Source of the DNA: Bacteroidales bacterium
GTDB lineage: Bacteria; Bacteroidota; Bacteroidia; Bacteroidales; JAAUTT01
Length of the DNA stretch: 64,000 bases
NCBI GenBank assembly: GCA_038213375.1
Contig: JBBQTB010000013.1
Coordinates: forward strand, 19,963-83,962
Direction: 5' to 3'
The translations under genes were made by a program, and so were the position numbers. This document shows, piece after piece, positions 29,604 to 40,167 of the stretch (position 1 is its first letter; each line of letters starts with the position of its first letter). The notes beneath the pieces were generated by a model. That model saw only the letters and a program-made list of their open reading frames with translations. It did not search any database and had not been told where the DNA came from.

Positions 29604-30188
29604 ATGAATAAAAACAGATTAGAAGCTTTTAGTGATGGTGTTTTGGCCATAATCATTACTATTATGGTACTCGATTTGAAAGTACCTCATGATAATAGTT
29701 TTTCCTCATTGAAACCTTTATTTCCTATATTTCTCAGCTATACACTTAGTTTTATCTATATTGGTATTTATTGGAACAATCATCACCATATGTTACATAC
29801 AGCGAAACAGGTTACCGGTGGAATCTTGTGGGCAAACCTCCACTTATTGTTTTGGCTTTCGCTTGTACCCGCAGTTACTGGTTGGATGGGAGAAAACAAT
29901 TTTGCGAAGGCTCCAATTGCGCTTTATGGCGTGATCCTTCTTATGGCTGCCATAGCCTATTTTATTCTTCAACGTCTGATACTACTTAAACAAGGTAAGG
30001 ATTCGCTTCTTTCCAAAGCACTGGGTAAAGATATGAAAGGTAAAATATCGCCCATTCTCTATTTGATTGCAATTCCATCAGCATTTATAAACCAATGGAT
30101 TTCAGGTACTATTTATGTTATTGTTGCACTAATTTGGCTAATTCCCGATAGAAGAATAGAGTGTATTTTTAATGATAAAAGTGAATAA
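29604..30188 (+). CDS. TMEM175-family potassium channel (DUF1211)
   Basis: Has the signature RLEAFSDGVLAIIITIMVLDL at the N-terminus and 6 TM segments. Confidence 0.8.
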   Translation: MNKNRLEAFSDGVLAIIITIMVLDLKVPHDNSFSSLKPLFPIFLSYTLSFIYIGIYWNNHHHMLHTAKQVTGGILWANLHLLFWLSLVPAVTGWMGENNFAKAPIALYGVILLMAAIAYFILQRLILLKQGKDSLLSKALGKDMKGKISPILYLIAIPSAFINQWISGTIYVIVALIWLIPDRRIECIFNDKSE

Positions 30189-30433
30189 ACTTAATTGGAC
30201 CTAAATACCTCTCCCACGTGTGAGGCGCTGTTTCTATTTACATTGCATTTAACTGAATTCATTAGACTTTCTCTTTTAAAAAAATCAAGCTCAATCGTGT
30301 TTAGAATATAAATGCGTAAATGAATGAATATTGTAATTTTTTAATATAATTATGTAACAAATAGTAATTTATGGTTCTTACCTTTGCATTCGTTAAAGCT
30401 TTTCATTAGGTAGATTGAGGTTTTTTATTTAGT

Positions 30434-30465
30434 AAAAAGGCAATGTCCAAAGATATTGCCTTTTT
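30434..30465. terminator. orphan intrinsic terminator hairpin
   Basis: 11-bp stem AAAAAGGCAAT / ATTGCCTTTTT with a 10-nt loop and a T-run after it. It lies 246 nt after the TMEM175 stop and 48 nt after a TACCTTTG box. Confidence 0.55.
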
Positions 30466-30510
30466 CGATTTTAGTGAACTGCATAACAAACGATGCTCTA
30501 TGAATTATTA

Positions 30511-30546
30511 CTTTTAGCGAGTTGAATACTTTTAGCGAGTTGATAA
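30511..30546 (+). repeat. 18-nt tandem direct repeat (2 copies) upstream of lipoprotein gene
   Basis: CTTTTAGCGAGTTGAATA followed by CTTTTAGCGAGTTGATAA. The first 15 nt are identical. Confidence 0.8.
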
Positions 30547-30604
30547 AAACGCCTCTGTTTAATTTTAATTCTTAACTTTACTAATAACTTAAAATCGTAT
30601 AAAA

Positions 30605-31159
30605 ATGAAAATCAGGACAATTTTTTCGTTCATATTTATTGCATTAACAACATTTGTTTGGACAGCATGTGTCAAAGAGGGACCAGCTGGTCGTAATGGT
30701 TTAGATGGCTTGAATGGTTTCGATGGCTTGAATGGAAAAGCTAATGTGATTGCATCACCTTGGTATTCTCCAAACTCTTGGTCTGGTAAAAGTGGTGATT
30801 GGTATTTTGACGTTTCAAACTCTGAAATTACTGCAGATGTGGTTGAAGGTGGAGCCATTTTAGCATACATCAGTCTTCCTGGCGATGTATATGATTTTGC
30901 CGTTAGACCTCTTCCTGCATTTATCATCGGAGCTAATTGGGATTTTTTACTTCCCAACGATGGAATATCTAATTACGGTGCAATAGAATTTACCTCAGAC
31001 ATGATAAATAGTCCAGGAACAGCTGGTTATAATTTTCGTTTTATCATCATTCCGGCAAGCTATACCTTAAAGTCTGCCAGATTAAAAAGTACTAATCTAA
31101 GTGATTTAAAGAAGATGCCTTACAAGGAAGTATGTCAATTATTTGGCCTAAAGGAATAG
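30605..31159 (+). CDS. lipoprotein with short collagen-like G-x-x repeat
   Basis: Signal peptide plus lipobox (LTTFVWTAC), followed by GPAGRNGLDGLNGFDGLNGKA. Confidence 0.65.
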   Translation: MKIRTIFSFIFIALTTFVWTACVKEGPAGRNGLDGLNGFDGLNGKANVIASPWYSPNSWSGKSGDWYFDVSNSEITADVVEGGAILAYISLPGDVYDFAVRPLPAFIIGANWDFLLPNDGISNYGAIEFTSDMINSPGTAGYNFRFIIIPASYTLKSARLKSTNLSDLKKMPYKEVCQLFGLKE

Positions 31160-31183
31160 CTTTTTCTTCAAATTGGTTATTTT

Positions 31184-33301
31184 CTAATAATTAGAGACAG
31201 CTTTGTTGTAAGCCACGTTTAACGAAAAAGAAATCCATCGGGGCATCGCAGGATAATAGAATCGCGGAGCTCTTGATGCAATAAAAGGGGCATTTACTAC
31301 CACCATGGAAGCATAGTGTTGATTTCCGATGTTGTTTATTGAAACTAATGTGTTGATTTCCCAGTGGCGTCCGAATTTATGTTCGAATCCACCTTTGGCA
31401 TTCATAACCACATACGGATTGGTATATCTATCATTACCATCCGTTAATGGTATTTTACCTGCCGATATCACGCTAAAACTGAAATAAAATCCTTTGATCT
31501 TTGCTTCCAGATTGGCCGAAAGACTATGGTCAGGCATTCCGGGTATTTTTCTGCCCGAATAATCGGTTTCGTCTTCGATAAAGTTCCGAAAAGTATATCT
31601 GTTGGCTGAATAAGCCAAATAGGCTGTCGCTGAAAAGGATTTATTAACTATTGCCGAGTTGTTGTCAAATAGCCTTTGATGCCAGCTAATTTCTATTCCT
31701 CTATGCACCGAAGAGCCTGCATTCATCCCTATATATGTGTCTTCGCCTGTCCTTTTTGGCACAATTAAATCAGTAACTATCATATAGTATGAAGCAATAT
31801 CAACAAACGTAACGTTCTTTAAAAGCATTAACCTTAATCCTCCCTCAAAGCTCAATGCCCTTTCAGGTTTTATTTCGCGGTTGATTAAACCCAACGGACT
31901 CAATGTTTCGGAAAGCGATGGTACAGAGAACCCATGGTTGACTGCCGAATACAGGTTTACACCGGCAATCGGGTTCCATGCAAGAGAAACACGCGGTGAT
32001 ACGATGGGTTGAAAATGATAAAACCCTGTTTGATTGATAGTATCTACTGAAAACTGATCCGTAAACGTAAATCCTGAAATATTAAAATTTAAACCTGCCG
32101 TAAGAGTGATTCCTTTTATCTTTATTTCTCCTTGGGTAAAAATGTCAGTTTGGTAGATGTTTTCTTTCCCTTTTTGCTGCAAACTTCCTATCACTCCCTT
32201 CCCACCAATATTTTCAAGAATGCTGCTTTGGTAACGTTCAAAAAAAAGATTAGTGCCCGAAACCCACTGGAATCGCATTCCTGAGGTGTTTTTAGAATAT
32301 ACGGCTATTATTCGAGAGCCATAGGATACTTCCGATTCACGCAGGAAATTAAATGGCCTGTTTTCCTCGGTTTTCCGGTAGTTTCCAAAAATACTGGCTG
32401 ATAAATTCCAGTTCAAAGACGCAGAATATGTCATCTTATATCCACCAAGTATCCGTTTAGGGCGCTCATAACCACGGCTTTTAACCCATGTAGGTGCCCC
32501 GCTCGAAGGACTTGTAAAATATGTAACTGAATCAACAGAACTGGGTATTTGCGATTTTATTACTGATACTGAAAGAAGCAATGATCCGGTAAGTTTTTTG
32601 TTAAATGATTGTTTGTAATGAATGAAAAAGGATTTACGGTTATAATTGTTATTTTGGCGATATCCATCGGATTGAATCTCAGAATAAGATATGTAGAGAT
32701 CATTTTGGCCTTTTCCGATAGCATAGGTTAGTGAATGGTTTTCGTAACCATAAGAACCAAATGTGGTACGCAGCTTTATTTTTGATTGATTATAGCCAGA
32801 TCTTCGCGGGTACAGTATTACTGTTCCTCCTAACGAAGCGCCGTAAATACTTGATGCCGGGCCTCGAAGTATTTCTATCTTGCTAAGATATTCAGGATTT
32901 ATATCATCAAAAGTAGTTTCCCCTTCGGCACTGTAAAGAGGAATATCATCAAAAAACATTTTTATTTTTTTCGTCCCATAAGCGTATCTTGACCCTATTC
33001 CCCGAAGCGTAAGTTTGACAGTTCCAGCGGTTCCTTCCTGAACAAAAACACCCGGACTGGCTGATAATGATGAAACTATATTTATATTATCCCTCTGTGC
33101 GGGTCCAAATGAAATTACGGAAACTGCACCTGCCACAGCCCTAAGGACATCGGGAGTGTGAAAAGCAATTACTTCAACTTCTGAAATGTTTAAAGAATCT
33201 TTTGATTCGTCATCAGCCACTTTGTCTGCAACCTGAGAATAACCTAAATAAGAGGACATACAAAATAAACCTGCTAAGAAAATTTGTTTTAGCGAAATCA
33301 T
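31184..33301 (-). CDS. TonB-dependent outer-membrane receptor
   Basis: 705 aa with a signal peptide. Plug-domain motifs are present (LRGIGSRY..., IEILRGPASSIYGASLGG), followed by a long beta-barrel-type sequence. Confidence 0.85.
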   Translation of the reverse strand: MISLKQIFLAGLFCMSSYLGYSQVADKVADDESKDSLNISEVEVIAFHTPDVLRAVAGAVSVISFGPAQRDNINIVSSLSASPGVFVQEGTAGTVKLTLRGIGSRYAYGTKKIKMFFDDIPLYSAEGETTFDDINPEYLSKIEILRGPASSIYGASLGGTVILYPRRSGYNQSKIKLRTTFGSYGYENHSLTYAIGKGQNDLYISYSEIQSDGYRQNNNYNRKSFFIHYKQSFNKKLTGSLLLSVSVIKSQIPSSVDSVTYFTSPSSGAPTWVKSRGYERPKRILGGYKMTYSASLNWNLSASIFGNYRKTEENRPFNFLRESEVSYGSRIIAVYSKNTSGMRFQWVSGTNLFFERYQSSILENIGGKGVIGSLQQKGKENIYQTDIFTQGEIKIKGITLTAGLNFNISGFTFTDQFSVDTINQTGFYHFQPIVSPRVSLAWNPIAGVNLYSAVNHGFSVPSLSETLSPLGLINREIKPERALSFEGGLRLMLLKNVTFVDIASYYMIVTDLIVPKRTGEDTYIGMNAGSSVHRGIEISWHQRLFDNNSAIVNKSFSATAYLAYSANRYTFRNFIEDETDYSGRKIPGMPDHSLSANLEAKIKGFYFSFSVISAGKIPLTDGNDRYTNPYVVMNAKGGFEHKFGRHWEINTLVSINNIGNQHYASMVVVNAPFIASRAPRFYYPAMPRWISFSLNVAYNKAVSNY

Positions 33302-33424
33302 AGTTTAGTTGGATTTGCCATGTTTATGCGCGAAAACCCTTGCCCATTGTTTTTTAATTTTTAGCCATTAAACAACTGAATAGCCTGCATTGTTTTATTA
33401 CTGTTTAACACAAAGATTTTCTTT

Positions 33425-33622
33425 ATGGCAATATCTAAAGTATGGCTTGATGAAAGCAACGATGAATGCATCTCGTGTGGTGCATGTGAGGGAATTTGTC
33501 CCGAAGTATTTGAAGTACCCGACAAAATGGTGATAAAAGCAGGAGTGGACTTTGCAAAATATGAATCGCAAATTCAGGAATCGGCAGATAGTTGCCCAAC
33601 ACAGGTAATAAAATACGAGTAA
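33425..33622 (+). CDS. small 4Fe-4S ferredoxin
   Basis: 65 aa with CISCGACEGICP plus a distal C(P) motif (ADSCP). Confidence 0.8.
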   Translation: MAISKVWLDESNDECISCGACEGICPEVFEVPDKMVIKAGVDFAKYESQIQESADSCPTQVIKYE

Positions 33623-33649
33623 CTTTTTAACATATTGGATGGAAATAGA

Positions 33650-33684
33650 AAGGGGAATACGCGACAACTGCCACGATTCCCCTT
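33650..33684. terminator. hairpin between convergent ferredoxin and GH16 genes
   Basis: 9-bp GC-containing stem AAGGGGAAT / ATTCCCCTT with a 17-nt loop. Confidence 0.5.
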
Positions 33685-33709
33685 GATACTTTATCTTTAA
33701 GAATTTATT

Positions 33710-35590
33710 TTAATTTTTCTGATAACACCGGATCCAATCAATCTCCATTTTAGAAGGAATCATGTTTTGATCACCAACAACACCGGAATTTAAAACGATG
33801 TACATTGAATCCTGAGGAATATTTTCAGTTTGGGTTTTAACTTCTAGGTTATTGATACGCCATATGATTTTATCGGCATCCCATTCAATGGAATAAATGA
33901 ATTGTTTCCCAACAAATTTCGCTGCATTGAGTGTTGAGGTATCATGCTTTATGCCTCCTTTAACCTCTGGATGACCAAAGAAAGTGCTTAACAGAAGTTT
34001 GTTATTATATAGTTTAAATATATCGATCTGTGGAACCATGGTGTCTCCTCCTAACCAGAATGCATGAAATATACCCGATGCTGATTCAAGTTTAATTTTT
34101 GCCTCAATTTTGCCATATTTGGCACGGAAATGATTTCCTGAGCATAATAATCCTGATGTATAATCAAATTCTTTTGGCATAAAACCGAATACTGGATTCC
34201 ATTCTTTGCCTGTTACTTTCTCTGATTTAGTTACTATTTTAACCGTAGTTCCATTTAATTCCAAATTTTTACCATCAGTTATAAAGTGTTTTTCTCCTGG
34301 CAATGCATATGAATCGTTTAAAAGAACATCGCCCCAGAAATAACGGTTAATCCATTTGTTTTTATCAATCTTCCCCGAAGCAAAATCATCTTCAAAGGCA
34401 AGACTCCATGTTTTTAACTCATCATATTTGTGAGAATCTTTTACTTTGAAGTACCAAACAATTTTCGGATTCTTTTTTAACGTTTGGTATTCCTGAAATT
34501 TCCTGAATTCTTCGGTTTTTTGCCACTTTTTCGGATCAAGCAAATAAATTTTCCTGTTTTTGAATTCGTCGGACTTTATGTATTTTTCAAGTGCTTCGTA
34601 ATCGGTAATCATTTTCGATCCGTCCAAATTGCGGTATTCCGAAAGAGCTTCCGAAGTTTTAATTTTATAAAAATCTTTGATTCGGCGTGATGATGTTAAC
34701 TTTTGGTATTCCTGAAGTTTTTTGTATTCGTAGGTTTGATCAAAACGAAGTGATTCAATTTGTTTCTTCTTCTCTTTAAACTGAGGTGATTTCACGAATG
34801 TCTCCAGTTCTTTATAATTCGCTAACTCTTCGGAGTTGCGTAATTTCTTATAATCGGCATACATATCGCTTTTTTTAAGCTTAAAGTAGTTTTTAAATGC
34901 CGACGACTTCTTCCACTTACCAAATTCTTTAAACTTCGCGTAAGCTTCCGATTTTTTAAATTCTTTTGAACTTACTGACTCTCCAAATTCAATTGAATGA
35001 ATATATTTTTCGCGTGTTTCATAGGCAGCAATTTCAGTAGACTGATATAGTTTTGTAAAATCCGAGTATTCTTTTGATTTAACAAATTTAAAATATCCGA
35101 TAAAACCCGAATTTTTCAATAAAGCTTCGAACTCCTGTAATTTTCTATATTCGTCGGTTTTCTCCCACCTTTTCTTGTCGTTCATGTATTCCCGAACCTT
35201 TTTGAATTCCGCCGATTCCATGAAGGCTTTGAGTTGCTCGAAATCGGAAATTTCCTTCGATCCATTGAGTGATGAAAAATGAGCTAGTGCTGATGACGCT
35301 TTATATTTGTAATAGAACTTTACCTCGTGCCATTTTACTAACCGACGGTATTCTTTTTCTTTTTTCTGTTCATCGCTACCAGAAAAAGTCAAATTTTCCA
35401 AATAACTTTTACGTTCGGCAAATTCCTTAGAATTAACAAACTTATCGAGAGTGAGGTAATGGATCAGCTCCTCAGATTTAGCAAACTGATTAATCTCCTC
35501 ATATTCTTTAATTAATTCATTATGTTTTTTCTCAATATCATCAGTCTTTGGATACCAACCTATAAAAAACTTGAATGCTGAATTTGCCAT
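33710..35590 (-). CDS. protein with about 24 short helical repeats fused to a C-terminal GH16/concanavalin-like domain
   Basis: 626 aa. The C-terminal ~230 aa are laminarinase-like (ENIPQDSMYIVLNSGVVG..., HAFWLGGD). The N-terminal ~370 aa are iterations of [KN][ST]xE[FYI]xx[YF]xxL. No signal peptide is obvious. Confidence 0.65.
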   Translation of the reverse strand: MANSAFKFFIGWYPKTDDIEKKHNELIKEYEEINQFAKSEELIHYLTLDKFVNSKEFAERKSYLENLTFSGSDEQKKEKEYRRLVKWHEVKFYYKYKASSALAHFSSLNGSKEISDFEQLKAFMESAEFKKVREYMNDKKRWEKTDEYRKLQEFEALLKNSGFIGYFKFVKSKEYSDFTKLYQSTEIAAYETREKYIHSIEFGESVSSKEFKKSEAYAKFKEFGKWKKSSAFKNYFKLKKSDMYADYKKLRNSEELANYKELETFVKSPQFKEKKKQIESLRFDQTYEYKKLQEYQKLTSSRRIKDFYKIKTSEALSEYRNLDGSKMITDYEALEKYIKSDEFKNRKIYLLDPKKWQKTEEFRKFQEYQTLKKNPKIVWYFKVKDSHKYDELKTWSLAFEDDFASGKIDKNKWINRYFWGDVLLNDSYALPGEKHFITDGKNLELNGTTVKIVTKSEKVTGKEWNPVFGFMPKEFDYTSGLLCSGNHFRAKYGKIEAKIKLESASGIFHAFWLGGDTMVPQIDIFKLYNNKLLLSTFFGHPEVKGGIKHDTSTLNAAKFVGKQFIYSIEWDADKIIWRINNLEVKTQTENIPQDSMYIVLNSGVVGDQNMIPSKMEIDWIRCYQKN

Positions 35591-35916
35591 TGGGTAGTTA
35601 AATTGATTTGTTTCTAAATTTACTAAAATTCTCTTTCAACTTTCAAAAAATAGTCGACCGAATTTTATACGTGTCCGTTCATAAGAAGTTTAGGTTAGCG
35701 AGGTTTATTTTCTATAAGAAATTGCAAAAGTTATATATTGTAAAGACTTGGCTAGTGTTAATCATTAATTTTATGGCATTTATATCCAATACAAGTAATC
35801 TATTTTAAGGCTTGGCGTCATTTAACTCCGATGAGGTTGTTTCAACACCAACCCTTATAAAAGTCGATGATTAGTTCGTTTGCTTATGAATTTCGAATTA
35901 TACCAACGACTTTTTT

Positions 35917-37134
35917 TCAAAATATCCATCGAACAAAGGGATAAATGGTTGTCCAGAATGGTATCTCAAGATATAACATGCATTTTTCCTCGAAATGTTT
36001 GGTTAAATTAATGTATTGTTTTGGTATTGGCTTAAAAAGATAAAGTTTATGGGGTATTTTTAGTATTTGCTCAATAAATGCATCCAGAAATAGGTAAAAA
36101 ACTATTCCAAAATTAATTAATGCAGTGGTATAGATATTGAATGTAGATAGGTTAAATACTGAGCAAGCGCTAATAACGCCAAGCCAGAGAATAATTTTTA
36201 TGAACATGCCGTAACTAATCATATAAGCGGATTTTGACCGCGTTTGAAAAAACCACAGCAATGCTGAGGATATCATCCAACCCATCAATATTCCTCCGAT
36301 AAATCGCCAAACGATGCTGGTAATTGGTAAAAAAAGAAGAGATGCCAAAATGCAACATAATTTAAGGGTTGAGACTACGGAGTGAATGATAAATGCCTTT
36401 TGAGACCGGGGAAAAATAATGGTGATATTTTTCCGGTTGTATCCTGCCTGGTGTTGCATAGGTCCATTGTTTCTAAGCTGAATATCTTTCACCTTAATCA
36501 ACTCCATTTTAAATGGAATGGAGTTAGCCTTTAATCCGTTGCAGTAGAAGCATTCGTCCAAGGCCTTTTCGTTGGTCTTTATGTAAAGTTCTTTTATTTT
36601 ATTGTAGGAGTAGTAAAATTTCCCTAAATTGAAGTATTTATCTTTTTCCTGATATGCGTTATAAAGCAGAAAACCACCAATTAACCAAAAGAAACAAAGG
36701 TAAAAGAATGGAAAAATCGAACGTTCCGAAATGCAAACAGATACGGGGATAAAAATCATACCCATTGAGATGATTGGTAAAAAAATTTTACCAATGTATT
36801 TAAACAGTAACCCAACGTCGTAAAGCCCGCTTTCGCGAAACGCTTCATGTTGACGTTCGAATTTTTCGTATCGCATACCCGCTTGTTTCTTTGCTGTTTC
36901 GCGAACATCCCGAAGAAATTCTTCGTAATCGACATGTGGTTGGGTTTCCTCTTTTCCAGCCGCACGATGAAAAAGAACCTCGTATGCTTCAGAAATTTCA
37001 ATGAATTGTCGGTGAGCGTCGGGCGATTTATTAATATCTGGGTGATACTGCTTGGCTAAATTCCTATAAGCCTTTTTAATTTCCTCTACAGAACTGTTCT
37101 CACTTACCTCCAGAATTTGATAATAATTTTTCAT
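35917..37134 (-). CDS. J-domain (DnaJ-like) polytopic membrane protein
   Basis: The N-terminus [32 protein letters not shown] carries the HPD motif. It is followed by about 8 hydrophobic segments. Confidence 0.8.
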   Translation of the reverse strand: MKNYYQILEVSENSSVEEIKKAYRNLAKQYHPDINKSPDAHRQFIEISEAYEVLFHRAAGKEETQPHVDYEEFLRDVRETAKKQAGMRYEKFERQHEAFRESGLYDVGLLFKYIGKIFLPIISMGMIFIPVSVCISERSIFPFFYLCFFWLIGGFLLYNAYQEKDKYFNLGKFYYSYNKIKELYIKTNEKALDECFYCNGLKANSIPFKMELIKVKDIQLRNNGPMQHQAGYNRKNITIIFPRSQKAFIIHSVVSTLKLCCILASLLFLPITSIVWRFIGGILMGWMISSALLWFFQTRSKSAYMISYGMFIKIILWLGVISACSVFNLSTFNIYTTALINFGIVFYLFLDAFIEQILKIPHKLYLFKPIPKQYINLTKHFEEKCMLYLEIPFWTTIYPFVRWIF

Positions 37135-37854
37135 TATTGTAAATGGCAGGTTACTGGCATAAAGATATAATTTTCAGTAAAAAGGTAAATCAATATTTTT
37201 AAAATTGTTTCAATTTAAGACTCAATGTCTTACATTTATCTGCAGCGTCAACGGACTCAATTTATGTACCAACAACTTCGGATATCACAACCACAGCTTC
37301 ACTTGCCGAATTGCCGCAAGGACGAACGAAATGTTTGTTAATCATTCGTTAAAATATCAACCTAAATAATTATTCTTTAAAATGCAAATATGACTTATAT
37401 CATATCTTTAAGCAAAACCCTTTCGTTTATTCATAAAAATTATTTTACTTTACGTTTTCAAAATATAAACAATAATGAATATTAATTTTCATAGGAATTT
37501 ACCTCTCAGGCCGGCATGGTTTAATGCTGTATGGTAGTGCTGTATGAAAACAAATCATATAAAAAACTTGCCATTCAACGCAGGTTTTTTTTATTTTTGT
37601 AAAGAAAGCAAATAAGGAAGAAAGTAGAAAAGGGTATTAAACCTTTACATTTGAATAAGCTATCTAGCTAATCCATACTTAGAAAATATATGAATTTAGA
37701 AACACGAATGTAAAAGACAAGATTATTGAACACGATGTCTCAAAGTAAAACTTCATACTATTCATACTATGTGTCTATACATCTTCATGTTTTATTTATT
37801 ATTTTATTCCGGCGTAGCTGGATTTGTAATGTGTACAACTAATATTAAAAAATA

Positions 37855-39051
37855 ATGAAAGAAAAAGTATTATTGGCATTCAGTGGAGGGTTAGATACCT
37901 CATATTGTGCTAAATATTTGAGAGAAGAAAAAGGAATGGACATCCATTCAGCCATTGTAAATACCGGAGGTTTTTCTGAAAATGAATTGAAAGAAATTGA
38001 AGCCAAAGCTTTTCGGTTGGGAGTTTCGTCTCATAAAGCACTGGATGTGACCGAACAATACTATTCAAGGTGCATTAAATACCTCATCTTCGGAAATATA
38101 TTGAAAAATAATACCTATCCACTTTCGGTAAGTTCTGAACGAGTTTTTCAGGCAATAGCCATTGCTGAATATGCCAAAAAAATAGGCGCTCAATACATTG
38201 CGCATGGAAGTACCGGGGCTGGCAACGATCAGGTTCGGTTCGATCTGGTATTTCATATTATGGCTCCCGAAATTGGGGTAATCACTCCTATCCGTGACAT
38301 GAAACTTTCGCGCGATGCCGAAATAGAATACTTGAAAAGCAAAGGAGTGGAATCCGACTGGTCAAAATCTACATACTCCATCAATAAAGGTCTATGGGGA
38401 ACAAGTATTGGTGGAAAAGAAACCCTCACTTCAAATAATACTTTACCGGATGAGGCCTATCCTACTCAACTTCAACAAAAAGGTGATGAATTGCTAACCA
38501 TTGAGTTTATAAAAGGAGAGCTAAAAAGTGTAAATGGAAAAAGATTCGAAAACCCGGTGGATGCCATCCGTGAAATTGAAAAAATTGCCGGCCCTTACGC
38601 CATTGGTCGTGATATGCATGTTGGTGATACCATTATTGGTATCAAAGGCCGTGTTGGTTTTGAGGCTGCCGCTCCACTCGTTATTATCAAGGCTCATCAC
38701 TTACTCGAAAAACATGTTCTCACCAAATGGCAACTTTATTGGAAAGAACAATTGGCAAATTGGTACGGTATGTTTGTTCACGAATCTCAGTACTTGGAGC
38801 CTGTAATGCGCAATATCGAGAAATTTCTCGACGACTCACAAGAGTTTGTCACTGGCAAAGTGTTTTTAAAATTGATGCCTCATCGATTCGAAACCATTGG
38901 TATTGAGTCGAAACACGACCTCATGAATGCAAAATTTGCTAAATATGGCGAAGAAAATACTTCCTTTTCCGGAGAAGATGTAAAAGGTTTCACTAAGATT
39001 TTAGCTAATCAAATGAGGATATTTTCGGCGATAAATAAGTCGGAAGTCTAA
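37855..39051 (+). CDS. argG: argininosuccinate synthase
   Basis: 398 aa with the PP-loop AFSGGLDTS and typical length and motifs. Confidence 0.9.
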   Translation: MKEKVLLAFSGGLDTSYCAKYLREEKGMDIHSAIVNTGGFSENELKEIEAKAFRLGVSSHKALDVTEQYYSRCIKYLIFGNILKNNTYPLSVSSERVFQAIAIAEYAKKIGAQYIAHGSTGAGNDQVRFDLVFHIMAPEIGVITPIRDMKLSRDAEIEYLKSKGVESDWSKSTYSINKGLWGTSIGGKETLTSNNTLPDEAYPTQLQQKGDELLTIEFIKGELKSVNGKRFENPVDAIREIEKIAGPYAIGRDMHVGDTIIGIKGRVGFEAAAPLVIIKAHHLLEKHVLTKWQLYWKEQLANWYGMFVHESQYLEPVMRNIEKFLDDSQEFVTGKVFLKLMPHRFETIGIESKHDLMNAKFAKYGEENTSFSGEDVKGFTKILANQMRIFSAINKSEV

Positions 39052-39054
39052 AAA

Positions 39055-40131
39055 ATGTACAAAACAGTAACCATAAAAATCGGGTCGAATGTGCTTACCA
39101 CAGCTGACGGAATGCCAAATGAGAAGCGCATAGCTCATCTTGTTGATCAAATGGCATATCTACGCTCGAAAGGGGTTAGTATATTGTTGGTGTCATCAGG
39201 CGCTGTTGCTTCCGGCAGGAAAATTGTTACCTGCAACAAACGTACCGATCCGGTTTCGTGCCGTCAGCTATGGGCTTCGGTTGGTCAGGTAAAACTTATA
39301 CAAAAATACTCGGAACTATTTGAACAGCACAACATGCTTTGCTCTCAGGTTCTAGTAACTAAAGAAGATTTTCGCGATCGCCAGCATTTTCTCAATATCA
39401 GGAATTGTCTTGAAACGTTATTGGATCACAACATTCTACCCATTATAAACGAAAATGATGTGGTTTCTGTTACTGAACTAATGTTCACAGATAACGATGA
39501 ATTAGCCGGACTAATTTCGTCAATGATGAATACAGAGGCCATGATTATATTAAGTAATGTGGATGGAATTTATAACGGAAATCCAGAATGTTCAGAATCA
39601 AAATTAATTTCTGTTATTGAACTAGATTTAAATACGATAACGAAGTTTATATCTACTGATAAATCAAATTTTGGCCGTGGAGGGATGATAACAAAATTCG
39701 GTATGGCAAAGAAAGTAGCTCTCTCTGGAACGCCAGTTCACCTCGCTAATGGTAGTCGCGAAAACATTTTAATCGACATTCTGGAGAACAGGCCGGGATT
39801 GATACAAACCTATTTTACTCCCGGTAAAAAGTCAACAACCATTAAAAAGTGGCTGTCATATTCAGACGTTAGTACCAAAGGAGAAGTGCACATCAACGAA
39901 GGCGCCCGAAAATCTCTTTTCCAACACAAAGCAACAAGTTTGTTGTTAATAGGTGTAACTGATATAAAAGGTTCCTTTATGAAAGGCGACATTGTTAGAA
40001 TAGTTGATCACGATGGTCATTTTGTTGGATTAGGAAAATCACAATATAATTCTGAGTCTGCTCTAAAAAAACTTGGAGAAAAAAACAACAAACCCATCAT
40101 TCATTATGATTATTTGTATTTAAAATCGTAA
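39055..40131 (+). CDS. proB: glutamate 5-kinase with PUA domain
   Basis: 358 aa with IKIGSNVLT and LVSSGAVASG, plus a C-terminal PUA-like domain. Confidence 0.85.
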   Translation: MYKTVTIKIGSNVLTTADGMPNEKRIAHLVDQMAYLRSKGVSILLVSSGAVASGRKIVTCNKRTDPVSCRQLWASVGQVKLIQKYSELFEQHNMLCSQVLVTKEDFRDRQHFLNIRNCLETLLDHNILPIINENDVVSVTELMFTDNDELAGLISSMMNTEAMIILSNVDGIYNGNPECSESKLISVIELDLNTITKFISTDKSNFGRGGMITKFGMAKKVALSGTPVHLANGSRENILIDILENRPGLIQTYFTPGKKSTTIKKWLSYSDVSTKGEVHINEGARKSLFQHKATSLLLIGVTDIKGSFMKGDIVRIVDHDGHFVGLGKSQYNSESALKKLGEKNNKPIIHYDYLYLKS

Positions 40132-40167
40132 TAACTACTTATTTTATAATTTTTTAACAGCAACTAT

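Noticed and set aside
37769-37855. A 28-codon hydrophobic ORF whose TAA overlaps the argG ATG, which could indicate translational coupling.
   Set aside because: Short hydrophobic ORFs arise easily in T-rich DNA, and no conservation evidence is available. It is mentioned only within the leader-region finding.
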